This document shows, in pieces, positions 24,374 to 37,795 of a stretch of 64,000 nucleotides of DNA; position 1 is the stretch's first letter; the number at the start of each line of letters is the position of its first letter. The notes beneath the pieces are model-generated. The model was given only the letters and a program-made list of their open reading frames with translations, was not told where the DNA came from and ran no database searches. The stretch comes from Marsupella aquatica (Eukaryota; Plantae; Marchantiophyta). The stretch spans positions 25,195,233 to 25,259,232 of the forward strand of contig OZ316892.1 in assembly GCA_973895155.1 (NCBI GenBank), written 5' to 3'. Both the position numbers and the translations under genes were made by a program.

Positions 24374-27300
24374 TCACTTTTGCCGTTTGTAGATCTTGGC
24401 TAAGAAAGCCTTGTAAACAGCCTGCGACAGCACAAAATGTGCACCAAATTACGATTTTGTTGGTCATATTTTTGGCCAATTGGAAGCTAGATCAAACATC
24501 TGTCATTGAATTGGGTTCCAAGAGCGAGAGGAGAAACTTCAGGCTTACTTGCAAGGCAACATTCTCCTGCTCGTTGATTTTTGAGATAAGATTCTCGTAG
24601 GTATCTTGTTCATACTTCTCGAACAGGGCCTGCAAGACGGTTCCCACTACCCATGAGATGAAACAGTCCAGGCTCCCTCTTCCAATGAATTACAGAAATC
24701 TTCATTTTCCCAAGGAAACGCCATATTCTCATTAAATGTTAGGGCAGTGGACTAAAAGATAGAGCAGTAGACTGAGATTCTACAGAAAACAACAGCTGGA
24801 AGTGATCGTAAGTCTTACCTACAGCGACATTCTCAAGACAAAGAAGCCACACCTTTAAATGACATTTTCCTTCCTAGTACATCTGTGTGATCTTCAGTTA
24901 TATATCCATTTAGTTTCAAGCTATCTTCACCGGACAGTAAACACCACATCATACCTCAAAGTTATCAAGGGAAGCTACTAGCTAAGGTGGACTACAAAGA
25001 ATTAGAGAGCTGGCACATGATTTAACTGTCAAAAAAGATCCTGCCATCTGGAGGTCGCGAGAACAGGCTGAGGAAGTCCAATATCTGTCTCAATGGAGAG
25101 CGATATCACAGGAATATCTGAAAGTCATATGAGCCAGTCTCGATCCCACACACCCGAACCCCACACCCCCTCCGCCAAAAAAGAAACAAGCAGTGTATTT
25201 AAAGCCGTCACGCATATGAATCACCCACCTTGATATTCAATTCCTCGTAAATTTTCTTCACTTCTGCCACCTTTGCAGGGTCCTTCTGGCCATAAATCTC
25301 CTGAAGGACAATCACCAATAAATCATCCACATATAAGCTTTTGGCCCAAAAGCAACTGATTAGATTCGTAAAGTGTCCCGGATCTGATCATCATGATACA
25401 AATAAACTACGATGTTGCAAGGATTTACAACATACTTCAAGGCGCCGCTTCTGCTCGTCGCTGGCCTTTTCAAGGGCCTTTACAACCAGCCAGGAGCACT
25501 TAGTGTCTTCAATATCAGTACCAATCTGCGATGTGCAAATCACATCATAAGCATTCCCGAAGGACCATTTGCAAGACACTCAAAGCCAAAGATTCATTGC
25601 GGCCATTGAACTACAAATTCAGCTTCTCATGATAGGATGGTGAGTGAAGAAGGGTGGGGACGGCCAGTTTGAAAGAAGATATGCGAGAACCTTGCCAATG
25701 AACTCAGGATCTCCATAGCAGTCGAGAAAATCGTCCTAGAACAAACAGAAACCAGGTCATTTTCAGCTTGTGGTTGCTAGATTTGACAGTTGTAAGGAAG
25801 ATAAGGCATTGAACCGCACCCAGCTTACTTTTTACCTTTGAGCTACTAATAAGGAAACTTTCGAAGTTAGATAAACTGGAAGTTGGAGAGAACCTGCATA
25901 AGCAAATATCACGACAAGCACAAAGAGCAAAGCAAATAGACAGTTCACCTGCACTTGGAAGTAAGTTCCCATTTGAACTAGGATATCTTCTGCGGATTCA
26001 AAGAGCTTCTGATTTTTCTCTCCAGCCATCAGAAGAGCACATGCCACCTACATATTTCGGTGGAAACGGAATGTAAGGGAAGAGCAAAACCTTCGGAAGC
26101 ACACCGGAAACAAAATTCAAAGGATCTTACAAACACGAAACACAATACACTACATTTTTTCATGTGAAACACTTATAGAGATAGAAGGGATAGTAAGCAA
26201 CTTACAGGTAGATAGAAGGAATAGTAAGCAGTTTTGTATTGAACGATTTTAGTGTAACTGCACAAGGAATTAAGGAATTTAGCTTAGGATCGAGGAAGTT
26301 CTAGCGTTCATTCAATCAGTATTTAGGATGCTAGCAGGATGCCTGGACGCATGCTTTTAAACCTGTCAATAAGTTTTCTAGCGGTAGTGTAGACCACGAC
26401 CGATTAAAGGTATCTTATAAGATCATGACAAATGGCTTCTATGTAGAACCACCTTTACCTAGCGGAAATAAACCTCTACTACCAAATATCGAATGCACGA
26501 TCACAGCCTACTCATCATACACCTCCGTAGACAGAGCAAATGGGACTGGTCTTGTAAACTCAGGTACTCACGTTGATGTGACATATTTCGAGATATCAAC
26601 TTCCCCTTCTGGTGTAGTGATCAGGTCCAGCATTTGACCTACAGACGTTTGGTACTCCACCTGGGCAGAGGACAACAAACAATACTTCAGTTGTCTCACA
26701 AAACCACGAGAAGTGAAGCCCACATTGGTTGCAATCAGGGCTTCCAGGAAATATGTCACTGCACGTTATCGCACATACATCAGAGCTCTTTCACGTCAAC
26801 GGGCTAATTCGGACGACAGTCCTTATGCAACGAGAGTTGTAGAAGTGACACACAACGTACTTCGTTGAAAAGGTCCAGGAGATCAACGTAGTAAGGGAAG
26901 CCCTTGAAGTGGCGCTTGAGTATCTGAGGTAGGTGATTACGAAGCACGATCCCATCGTTCACGGCTATGACGCCCACCTACGAGCAAAAATGGAAGAAAA
27001 GTCAAATTGATAACATCCCCTTCATCGACCAATGTTGTCGTTAAGTAATTCCTTAGATACTACTCGCATTACCAAGTATCTGTGCTTTTGCTCAGTATGA
27101 GCTGAGCAAAAGGAAAAATAATCCCAGACCTCTAACTAGAATCAAATAGACAATGAAAGCATAGTGCTATGAATCTTCTTCGTTCCACCGACGAGTGAAA
27201 ACGACTCCACGTGCTTTCAAGTAGTCTCATTGCAGCAACACACCAAAATACAACGCACAGCAATAAAATCCGTAGGAAAGCATGCCATCCCTAGGACAAT

Positions 27301-28503
27301 AGAAATAACTCGTTTACCTTAGGAAGTCTGTACCAACAAGGCTGTCCACGACGTGTGACCGACTTGTCCATAATGTCATCCTCGACGAGAAAGTAAGCTT
27401 GTAGCTGTGCGCAAGGAGGAACATTTTCTTTTTCAGTCATTTAGTTACTGATGTCTCCACCTTCTCAAAAAGGGTCACAGCAAGCAAGAAGGTTCCTCGA
27501 GATCATGTATTGTACCTGAAATTTCTACATTCGGTAGAAATTTGAGAATCAAATGGCGTAAGGTTGTGTAACATACCCACTCAACGCACCAGCCGAGAGT
27601 GGAGGAAAGGAAGAACTCCTGCTCGGTAAGCTCGTCTTGCTTCAACAAAGCAAGACTGTCTACCACTGACAACCCTCTGTTCAGCTTGCCTGGATGACAA
27701 TCAAGACCAGCCTTGTTAGTTGTAGCCCTTAGCATTTTCTGCCGAATGGACCAAACTGGTGCCACGGTAGTTCACAAACCCTAATTGATATAAACCTATC
27801 GAGAACATGCGATGGGTAGGTACATTCAGAACGAAATATCCTCCAATGCCATCCACTCTAGCGAATGCGGCAACTTGCTTGACAGGGAGTATCTCACCTT
27901 TGGGCACATTGTAGTCGAGCATCTGTCCAAAGCAACCACAAGAAGAGAGACCGAAATCGTTGAATTAGAATTGCACTAAGATTAGCGATCCACAGGCTCG
28001 GACATAGAGCGCAGGACTCAAACGAGTAAAATTCACACGTAGGGAAATGCGGTGAGAAAATCTGTCACCTGTTCCACCCATGCTCTTGACTCTGGGGTGT
28101 ACTGAAACGTATTGGAGTCGGTGAGCAGTTCCGTTTTCAGCTGCTTGTAGACATCTAAGAACTTTCCCTTATCTGCCATTCCAATCTTGATCTTCTGGGG
28201 CGTCCCGTTGGCGGTGCCAGTAGCCTCTGCAAGGAAAAGAAAGTAGCAAATGAATTCAATGAGTACTTTCATTTGCAGCACCAGTTCATTGCCTATCAGG
28301 CATGCTACTCCAAAATCATTTCTGAGCGAGTCTTGCGGAATAGCCCAGAGCTCAAATACCCCGGTCGGCCTTCTAAAATCATTAGTCCATACGAAGCGGC
28401 AGTGTCCACATCCGAAACTCTTGATGCAAATGCAGTGGCAGCAAAGGTCTCCTTCACCAAGATGCATCAGTTTGTTACCCTTCATAATAGTCTCTCCACC
28501 CAT
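24374..28503 (-). CDS. FPS: Farnesyl diphosphate synthase, ~366 aa, 14 exons (28503-28479, 28226-28069, 27922-27898, 27689-27577, 27404-27318, 26977-26861, 26660-26572, 26257-26206, 26047-25949, 25735-25691, 25525-25436, 25300-25229, 24629-24549, 24421-24374)
   Basis: [79 protein letters not shown] and C-terminal KIYKRQK. All introns are GT-AG and phases sum to 1101 nt. The first 25-nt exon is the least certain part. Confidence 0.96.
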
Positions 28504-30116
28504 CGCTGCAGAAGTAGAAGTACTTCCTTTGCTGCTGTTATCCGTGTCTCCTAGAAAACTCTTCGAGCAGAGTGTTGCACAGCGAATGGCTCTCTTTGTC
28601 GTCTTCACCAGAGTGGCCAGCGTCGACAGGCGGTTGATTCGAAGCGCTCTAAATCCTTGAATTTCGATCTCCTGTTTCCACCTCCCATGCAGAACAGAAC
28701 CGATCTAGTTCGGACAATTTGTATTGTGTGTAGATCGATGCAAAGGGAAAACACACACTGATTACTCCTCGATGAATCAGGCGGTAGATGGGACCGGAGC
28801 TTCAATCAATCTCTCGATCTTTTGCAACGATGACTTTCGATCACACCGTAGACTTACCACACCTTGGGGTAGCACACCTACAACTCTCACACCAACCAGC
28901 TGGGACGTTGAATTCACACTCAACACAATAATGTTTGCAGAATTGCTCTTCTGTAGTGAGGTGCCGAACACTATTTGTGATGAGTTTGATTTGAAGCTAC
29001 GAATTTAATTCTCTTTCGTCTCTTTCGACTGTCTATCTTAAGATTCTCGAATTCCAATCGGACCTACTTCCATGGAAACTGCCAATGTACTCCACGCCAG
29101 ACAATAAAGGGTCAATCATGATGACAAAGATGGTTGACTGGAGCATCATTCCCTATTAATCTGGTGGGGGACCAGATATTCTCTGCTAGTTCTATAGAAA
29201 TAAGCACTCATTTTTGTCTTTCACATGAGTGAAAAATAAAGCCAGGATGGACCCAGGGGTTGGTTGTGAAACCCAGATGGATCAGTAAAGCTTGGATGGA
29301 CTGGTTCAGACCCTCTAAATAAACTTGGGTGGCACTTTTTATGGCTTTGACTGAAATTTGACTTGTAAACTGGCTCCTTACAGTTTGCAATTGGTTTTAT
29401 TTAGTTCACCTGGTGGTAAGTTACTCTTCATGTCCATACACGGGTGACCTTCACAAAACTGAAGAGTCCCTTCCCAATGGTGGTAGTTTGCTGGTCATGC
29501 CGGAACTACTCAGAGAGTTTTTCACAAAAGCACAGCATCTGTTGGCAGTTAGTTTGTAGTATTTTATCATATTTGTGCTCCTTGGAAAAGGATTATGTGA
29601 TCTCATAAAAATTCCATACTTTGAGAAAAAATTTCATACTTTGAGAGATTATAGATTGTACATTAGAGAACATGCTCTTGAGATTAAACAGAGGTCCAAA
29701 AGTAGTCCAAATAAATGCACAAGTTTGCCAAAAACCAATGGTCTAGAGCTCATCCTTCCTAAAGCAGTAGGTCACTCCTCAGCAAATTAAGTGAAACATC
29801 CTTCCAAAAGCAGTAAGTCACTTTTTCCCCATGTAAATTGAGTGATGACTTTAGGCAGTTAATGGGGATGGGAAGTACAAAAGCAATCGGTCACATCGGG
29901 CATAATATTCCACCAGTGGGGAACCAGTCAGTTGTAGGTGCACTTCCATCCATTTGATGAGACATGAGTTCACATATTACTTGGTATATTTTATTTAGTT
30001 TATTTAACACCAAACCACAACGCTATAATGATGGTGAACCGTCAATCTCTACCCCTCTTTGCAGGGATTTTATTTTATCAAGGAGTCATCAAGTGACCTT
30101 TGATATTTTGTGCCGA

Positions 30117-30312
30117 CGAGCCTCATGTCAATGAAAAAACCATCATGATGTCATCATTTTAACATACATAATAATATATCAGTCTCCTTTCCATGGGAAT
30201 ACTTCTTTCTATGCACATAAAGTTTTGGTGGGGCCCTAGAGTCATAGTCTAGAGGCTTCACTCTAGAAGTCTAGACCCAAAACTCAGTTTCTTTGTGCGC
30301 TTTTACTTTAGA
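30117..30312 (-). mobile_element. Mini-Helitron-like element, copy 3
   Basis: Minus strand starts A|TCTAAAGTAAAAGCGCACAAAG. Perfect palindrome TCTAGAGGCTTCACTCTAGA near 30248. The left end acgagcctca matches actagcctca of copy 2 with one mismatch. Confidence 0.6.
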
Positions 30313-30595
30313 TAAACATTTGAAAGTGCAGAATGTTAGATATTGGGTGCATGCAAAGAGAACCATTAGATCTGAATTTATCCTAATATGAGGGAACAAT
30401 CTGGTCTAGTTAGCCCATCCTCAAACACAATTAGTTATTTCATCCTGTAGTAGAGTTGAATTAAAAAGTAATTGTCATTAAATTAATAATAAAAGAATAA
30501 ATTGGGAAACCCTGTGGCTAGTAATGCACCTCAAAGATACACAAGGGTTGTGCTGGTAGTTGGTGGCACATAGTTTAGAGCTGCAATCTGCTTGT

Positions 30596-30868
30596 GCATA
30601 TGGAAATCAAGATGCACCTTTTGTAATGTAACACTTACATTTCCTTCCCCATTGTTATAGCATGTTCATCTTGGAACATGCTTCAGTTTTTGTTTTGTAG
30701 TGATCCATAAATTACTTTCTACAGTATCTGCATATGGAAAATCAAGATGCACCTTTTGTAATGGAACACTTAGTTACATTTCCGTCACCTTTGTAGAGCA
30801 TGTTCATCCCGGGGTTCATCCTGAACATGCTTCAGTTTTTGTTTTGTAGTGATCCATAAATTACTTTT
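30596..30868. repeat. ~134-bp tandem duplication
   Basis: gcatatggaaa(a)tcaagatgcaccttttgtaatg...gaacatgcttcagtttttgttttgtagtgatccataaattacttt x2. Confidence 0.92.
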
Positions 30869-31034
30869 ACATTGTCCTATGCATTGAAGAGGTTGTTAGT
30901 GAAAAAGATAATGAAAAGTATAGAAGTAGAAATGTGACCAGTAGAAATTTAAATTAATATTTAGTTACAATGTATCCAATTTGTGTAGTACAATGTATGA
31001 AGTATTAAAATATAATCTATGTATGTACCATACT

Positions 31035-31378
31035 TGTTGAGCATAGACAACATTCACAACGGCAAGCCCATGCACCATCCAACGCACAATAGTCGACACA
31101 GAGAGATACGTGGTTCACCTCCACATGAGGCTACGTCCACGGGAACACACAAGAGCTTTACTGCACTCTAGGCCGACCGGCCATACCAAGCATCCACAGC
31201 ACAAGCTCTCCCTATCTCTCAACTAGCTCCGTAACAATGAGCCTAAGTTCCACCAGGGTCTGGCATCAGCCCTGGCTATATACACAACAGCACTACCGCT
31301 AACATTAGCTAAGTCCTAACCCAAGTTAGACTAACTGTGGTTAGCTCATGAGTCACAAGACTAGAGCAATATCTAACA
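31035..31378 (-). mobile_element. Solo LTR (Ty1/copia-like), 344 bp
   Basis: TGTTG...TAACA termini flanked by a perfect 5-bp TSD ATACT (31030-31034 and 31379-31383). The minus strand carries the copia-type motif cccgtggacgtag...gaaccacgta and a TATA-like tatatag. Confidence 0.92.
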
Positions 31379-33255
31379 ATACTATCGCCATATGAATCTG
31401 GGCTTAAAAGGTAAAATTCCCAAAACAAAAATCTGTTTCTAAATATTTTGATTGGTGAGCCAAAGAGTGAGCAAAGTCAATAAACTTGGAGTGAAAGCAA
31501 ATTCAATAGACTTGGAGTTAAAAAGGAGGGAACATCTGTGTCCATCTGGGTCGTCACAGCAAACGTCTGTGTCCATCCCGGGTTCTTGTTCTATATATTG
31601 AAAGTTTAATTAAAATTAAAATTGACTAGTTGTTTATGAATTCTAACTGTTTTTTCATCATGGGCAGTGCAGACAAGGGCCAGGCAGGTGAGATGGGAGT
31701 ATATGGGTGGATATGATAGTGCCAAAAAATCAATTTTTGATGAAAGGCCAAGATTGTCTCCCCCCTTTTTCAGAGCCTTTTTCACATATCTTAATAAGAA
31801 GATCCCACTTTGTGGTGGGATCATGCATTATAGTCCTTGATAATATATGCTTAGCATTTGGGTTTGCTTATGACCATTTGGAAGAGAGACACAATAATTG
31901 GATGCATTACTTGATTGTGTCTGGTCTCATGAGCTTCTATAGGTTAATTCAACTACACCTCTTGTGAAGTTTTGTGTATATGTCAAAATGGTAACATTTG
32001 GATTATTTAAGGTTATTTCAATGATTTTTATTGAAATCTTGTGCATGTGACAGAACAGTACTCCAAAATGATACAGTTGGGCATGACATTTGGGAAGACA
32101 CCAGTGTTCTCCTAGTATTTTGGGCTGGTAGCTGCTGTTGCATCCGCCTGTTGGATTTCTTCATGAGGGGCAGCTACCTAATGGAACCGTCACTTGGGAG
32201 AGGTACATGGTGGCTCCTAGCATCTCCAAATGTTACAATGTCCCAAAAAAACGATATCTTACTCATAGTTTGCAATGGAAAGCTACTTTGAAAGCCCATT
32301 GTCTAAAGTGAACCTCTAGACCATAACTTCTAATTAAAGCATAATTGAAAGTGAGGGTCAAGATAGAACGAGAGAGGGAGAGATGAAATGGAAATAAACA
32401 CTAGACTAACTGAAGGCATAATTGTGCAGACAAAAGGCAGAGATGGGGGAAATATGAGAAAGAAATCAAGACTGTTCTTGGTTTCAAGGTACTTTTTGTT
32501 CCCCACTTCTATTTCCATTCAAGGAACATGTAGTCAGGCTAGGATCCCAAAAATACTATAAACTCTTTCTTACACATGATTTTATTGTATGTGAAATGAG
32601 TATAGATGATGGGTTACCCATAGTACTTCATATTGGAACTAGTGGTCTAAATTCCCCTTTAAAAACTACCCTAATGGGACATGACATTCATAAATCAGTT
32701 TTTGCATCAAAATTCTAAGAATATTTCTAAAATATGCATTGTACATTTTTTCCAAATCTCACAAACATTAAAACTATCAGTAAACTCGGTTAACCAGAGA
32801 TGGCTGGTACATTTTCAGGTCAAAATCATGCACCAAAAGAAGTGTGAGCTTCATTGTTTTCACTTGATGAAAACTCCTGGAAGTTTATGCAAAGCTAAAT
32901 GGGTGCATTGAAAGTTTCAATTACTTTTCAATAATATGACATTGGTGAATTAACTGAGGTCAAATAGTTGTTTAGAATGCATCTCATACCTCTGCGCGCT
33001 CAGTCCTTTTCACCATTTGAGCCTAAAGTGACTCATTATTATTTGAGATCAAAATATCTTAGTCTAGTTTGTAGTCAATATTTTTCATGTCTTGTTGAAG
33101 TGGCCACCCAAAATATCTGAAATGAGACAAAGGTTACCACTTCTTGCAAAATTGTGTGTAAGAAGAACATGTGACACTTTTTGACAGGTGGTTGTAATTA
33201 GTATGATACACTTTTAGTGTCACACCCATTACTTACTGGCAATGTCTAAAACTTT

Positions 33256-33552
33256 ATGTCCACATAAATTTGATTGTGTGAGTAAATAGTGCAAAAAGAG
33301 TGTAACTCGCTCTTTGTTAGAGTTTAGGCTACTGCGTTCTCTTTTAAAAGTTATGAGAAGTGTTTTTTATTGCCTTGAAACCTAAAGCTGACCCATCCAT
33401 TTAGAGGATAAACAAAATGTCCACAGAAACTAGATTGTGTGAGTAAATAGTGCAAAGAGTATAACTCGCTCTTTGTTAGCGTTGAGGCTACCGTAGTACC
33501 CTTTTAAAAGTTATGAGAACTGTTTTTAATTGTCTTCAAACCAAAAGCTGAC
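33256..33552. repeat. ~161-bp tandem duplication
   Basis: atgtccaca...gattgtgtgagtaaatagtgcaaa..gagt.taactcgctctttgttag...cttttaaaagttatgagaa...aaagctgac x2. Confidence 0.92.
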
Positions 33553-34188
33553 AAGGATATATAGACATCAACTCCAGAGCAGAACCCAAGGATCCGACAG
33601 GGACCCAGACCAAGAGGGAGAGAGGGTGGCACGAGGGCCCAAAAGCAAAACACACACACACACTACCCCCCACAACCCTTGCATGTGGAGTGATTGAACC
33701 TTAAACCTCTCACATCTAGGCTCATCCCTTGAGTTGCCAACTCAAAATTGTTTGTCCAAAGTTGCACATGACTCAAATTTTAGATAATTAAGTATTTCAG
33801 TTTTTAAGTACTTTGCCACTAATGATGTTCTAATTGACAATACTGCTACTGTTTTTTTTTGTATTAGTATAATTACTTTTTCATATTTATAAAAATAACA
33901 TTGGTTCATACATGGATCATAAGTTTACCAAGACAAAAGGGGAACTATATATGGAAAGGGTGACATTTTTATAAATACAAAAAACACTGACAATACTGTA
34001 AATTCAATCATCTTTAGTGACAATCTATTAAGTATTTATTGCCTCATCGTCATAGTGTATGACAGAGAACAAGAGGAGACGACAAACTCCACAATTGGCA
34101 AACAAAAGAATACTTGGGTAGAGAAGAGAAAGGAGTCAACCATAAGACAAAAGGATGAACTCTGTTAGTGCTGTATTAGTATATATAT

Positions 34189-37100
34189 CAAAGTGCCAAA
34201 AAGCACAAACACCAAACCGAGAGATAGGGTCTCAAACTAAGGCAAAGCTCGAGGCAAAGTAACCCAATAAAGGGCAAGAAACAGAAGAGGGGAGGGCCCC
34301 AAGAAGAACCAAGAGGCCAAACAAGGCAAGAAGTCCCCTCACACAACCAAAGATCCACAACAAAAACCAAGAACCCCCAATGGAGCAAGGAAGACTAAAA
34401 CCCTACTGAGCAGAGAACTGAAAAGCTTGGTTAGTAGAGCTCCGGAGTAAACCACATAGGAGGGTCACGAAGTGGAATCTGTCTAGAGGCCCTAAAACGT
34501 AGGGGGAAAAGGCCTCCGCTCAATACAATAAACCGCACATGCCCCGAGGAACTGGTCTAAGGTGGGGTGGAAAGCACCAAAAATCTCTAGAGCAAAAGGG
34601 TAGAAAAGATCTCCAGGATAGCGAACAACATATGCTTCCTCCTTAAGTTGGGCAGCCTTGGCAGCGCGTAGCCAGGCACATGAGCAGCCACTGCCACATG
34701 GCTCCCCCCAGTTGGATCAGCAATAGCCACATCACCAAGAGCAGGAACACCTGCCCTAGAGAAGACCAGATCAGCCCTCCTTCTGTTTGGAACACCATCA
34801 CGGGGGCCGGGGGAGCACATGCCGTTGCTCCATGGCCACATGGTACCCCAAGTCTCGGGTGATGGCCGCCATCACGTCCCAACTATCGTCATGTATAGCA
34901 GTCCGCTCGTTCTCACCTGAGGATTTGAACTCCAAAAGGATCCAGTGACGCGCCACACACACAGGTGGGTTTGCCAAGGAGGCAGGGGTGAGGAAGTCCC
35001 AAACAAAGGCGCAGAGATGTGGTAAAGAGAAAGGAGCTCAATCAAAATGGGGCCCACAAGGGACTAGCAGAAAGCCAAGCACCAGAGCCGGTGCTCGCAT
35101 AAGATAACAAGCAAGCCCGGACCGAGTCAGAAGGTGCGTTGAAGAGCATGCTAGAAAGGGTATGACGATGCATGCGGTTGGAAATCACCTGCTGGACACA
35201 ATCTGGGCTGTCCATGACTCACCACCTCCATGAAAACGGGGCAACGGCTTGCACAACCTCGGGAAAAAGTGTGCGGGCCTGGCAAAGGGAAACCTGGAAG
35301 GGAAGGACCCCATCCTCAACACCCATGACGTGATCAAAGAGGATGGGCTGAAGATGCATAATGAAGTGAGATGCGAGGGACATAGCCAACTGTGCCCAAC
35401 TACCCAAGAAAGCGCAAGGGGCAATGGAAACAACTAAGTAAAGAGATCCCCATGCCACCACCAGATGGAGGCAGGGTGGCCTGCCTAGCAGCAAAAGAAC
35501 CTTCCTCTCCGTCAAGGGCTCCCGGTCCAATAAGGTGTCCAAAGGTCCCCATCATAGTGGTGTCAAAAGATGAGAGCAAGGATAAAAATAAGGGAGTGGG
35601 CGGGACCGTCCAAAGAAGGTACAAAGGGCGCTGGACAAAGCACTGGACCAAAATCAAGAAGGCAATCTGAACGTCCCCAAGGGCCACCAACTGATCAATA
35701 TGAAGAACATCCTGGGTTGATGCAGCCTGAAAAAACCCACGAACAAAAGCCACCTCCCCAAATGGACCCCCAAGACCCGGATGCCCTCCGCACGGACAGG
35801 GATCCCCGGGGGAGGGGAGAAAGAATCAAGGAGTCAAAGCGAAGACTAGAACCAGCACTTCTGCGGTTGGACCAAAAGGCCAAGGAGAGCCAACTGGTCA
35901 ACAAAGTGGTAATAGGCATCCCCCAAATCTGAAGTAGGCCCCACAAGGTGAGTATCATCAGCGATGGACGGAAACATACAACCGGGAAAGGCGGCCAAGG
36001 AGGCTGAAAGTGCACAAAAGTGTGTCATGGCAAACAAAGCCCCACCAATAGGATCCCCTTGACGTGTACTAGTCTCAGATAGAATAGTCATGTAGGACCC
36101 TAGACTGAGGCGGTCGGGGTAGAACAATAAGGCTGGGGTCCCATAGAAGGCCCAAACAAACAGATGAGGGATACTCCACTTGCATCCCGCAACTCCTCAA
36201 ATATAGCACGCTTGGAGACAGTGTTGAATGCATTGGCCACGTCCACCTGAATGACCGCCCAATCTGGGTTGAGGTCCACAATAGAGCGGAGGCCATGCAC
36301 CACACTCTTAGAGCCCCCTGGGGTGGCCACCCCAAATGATGAGGAGAAAGATGAGATGCCAGCAGAGACCGGGTTTGAAGGCAAACACAACAACTGACCA
36401 TATGGCAAAGAACCTCCCCAATGGCAAGGGGCGGAACCCCATCCGACTCCTTGGCCATGGCCAACAACCGACTAGCCCCCAAAAGACAAGCCGCAAATCT
36501 GACCACCAATAACATGAGCACAAACCTGAAAAAACTATGAGGACCCAGACGCAGAGTCATCCAATAGGAAACAGTCCCGTAAGTGCTCAAACATCATCCT
36601 AGAGAGGCCCCTAGCTGAAAGGCATGGCAGATGAAGGAAAACTGAAGTGAAGACCTTCCGGGATAAGGAAAACTCAACTCCGGTACAAAACCCCCAACAA
36701 AGGTAGGGACCTCAACGGACGCTGGGGGATGAAGGGAGTGTAGAGCAACAATGGTCTCCTCGCAAGAAGGGGCAGGCGAGAGGGGAGCCAAAGAGTGCGC
36801 AGCCCACAAGAACTCACCAGCCTGTCCCAACATGAGGCACTGACAAAGACGATGCGGAACCAGAGGAACCTGGGGCACCATAGGGGAAGCCGCCAAATGG
36901 GATGCAATAGCCATCACCCAAAGATAAAACTCCTCCTGAAGTTGAACCAATCACCCGAGGAAGCGCTAAAGACAAGCGTGGGTCTCCCGGTGGCCAGCGG
37001 GGCCACCACGAGGGGGGAGAGCCAACACCCAATGAGGGAGCAAAAGTAACTGGGACTAGGCAACAGTGTTAGAGGGATCATGGCCAAGTGGTCCAAAGGA

Positions 37101-37580
37101 AGGCAAAAGGCATGCAAAATCGCAAACGGACAAGACAAAAACACCCAGAGAACCACACGGCTTACACCAAAACCAAACACCAACAAAGAGCACCAACCCA
37201 AACGCGCAGCAGCGAACAGCAGCCGGAACAAAAAAACCCCACTCCAGCCCAAGCAATGGTCAGCCAACCCGGGTGGCCAAGCTCCACAAAGGGCTGCCAC
37301 CAACACCACTGGCGGTCGGGGAGCCGAGTCCCAAAGGTCAGGAAGGCACCAGGCCGCAAGAGCAGACAAGCCCTCGGGCAGGGCAATCCCCCAACGGACA
37401 CAGATCCAACCCCGCCAACCGGGCCAACCCGGCCTTAGGCAAGGCAAGCCCCCACACACACCAACCACCAGTCATAGGATCCTGAGGAGCCAACAACCAT
37501 GCAAAACTGGCAAAAATGGAAGGCCGAGCCTGCACTCCCCCCAAGCAAAGAGAGTACGGGGAGGGCTGTCATGTACAACC
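34189..37580 (-). mobile_element. Decayed CRE-like non-LTR retrotransposon (RT + restriction-like endonuclease)
   Basis: Frameshifted fragments: GEF.WAAHSLAP...ETIVALHSLHP, PLAIGEV, QVDVANAFNTVS (~36230), RQGDPIGGALFA (~36050), IADD (~35960), QATLPPSGGGMGI, and a C-terminal Cys/His region with RRADLV...DVAIADP...FYPFALEIFG (RLE). The pyrimidine-rich 3' UTR abuts atatatat. The 5' boundary is approximate. Confidence 0.85.
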
Positions 37581-37585
37581 TCTCC

Positions 37586-37751
37586 ATGTATAGGATAATG
37601 GGGGTTTAGTCGCCCATTACCAGGGTGTAACGGGGCGACCAAATTCTGACCAAGCGAGACCGGTGGTTGCTGAGAGCGCTTTGGGAAGAAGCAGGGAGCA
37701 CCGGTGACACCCGGTAATGGGGGATCTTAATTAACCCTCATTACTCTACAT
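37586..37751. mobile_element. ~165-bp MITE-like foldback
   Basis: atgtataggataatgggggtt pairs with aaccctcattactctacat, and cccattaccagggtgtaac pairs with gtgacacccggtaatggg. Confidence 0.65.
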
Positions 37752-37795
37752 AATTCAGGGTTGGTAAATGGGTTACAGGGAATAAGAAGTCAACC

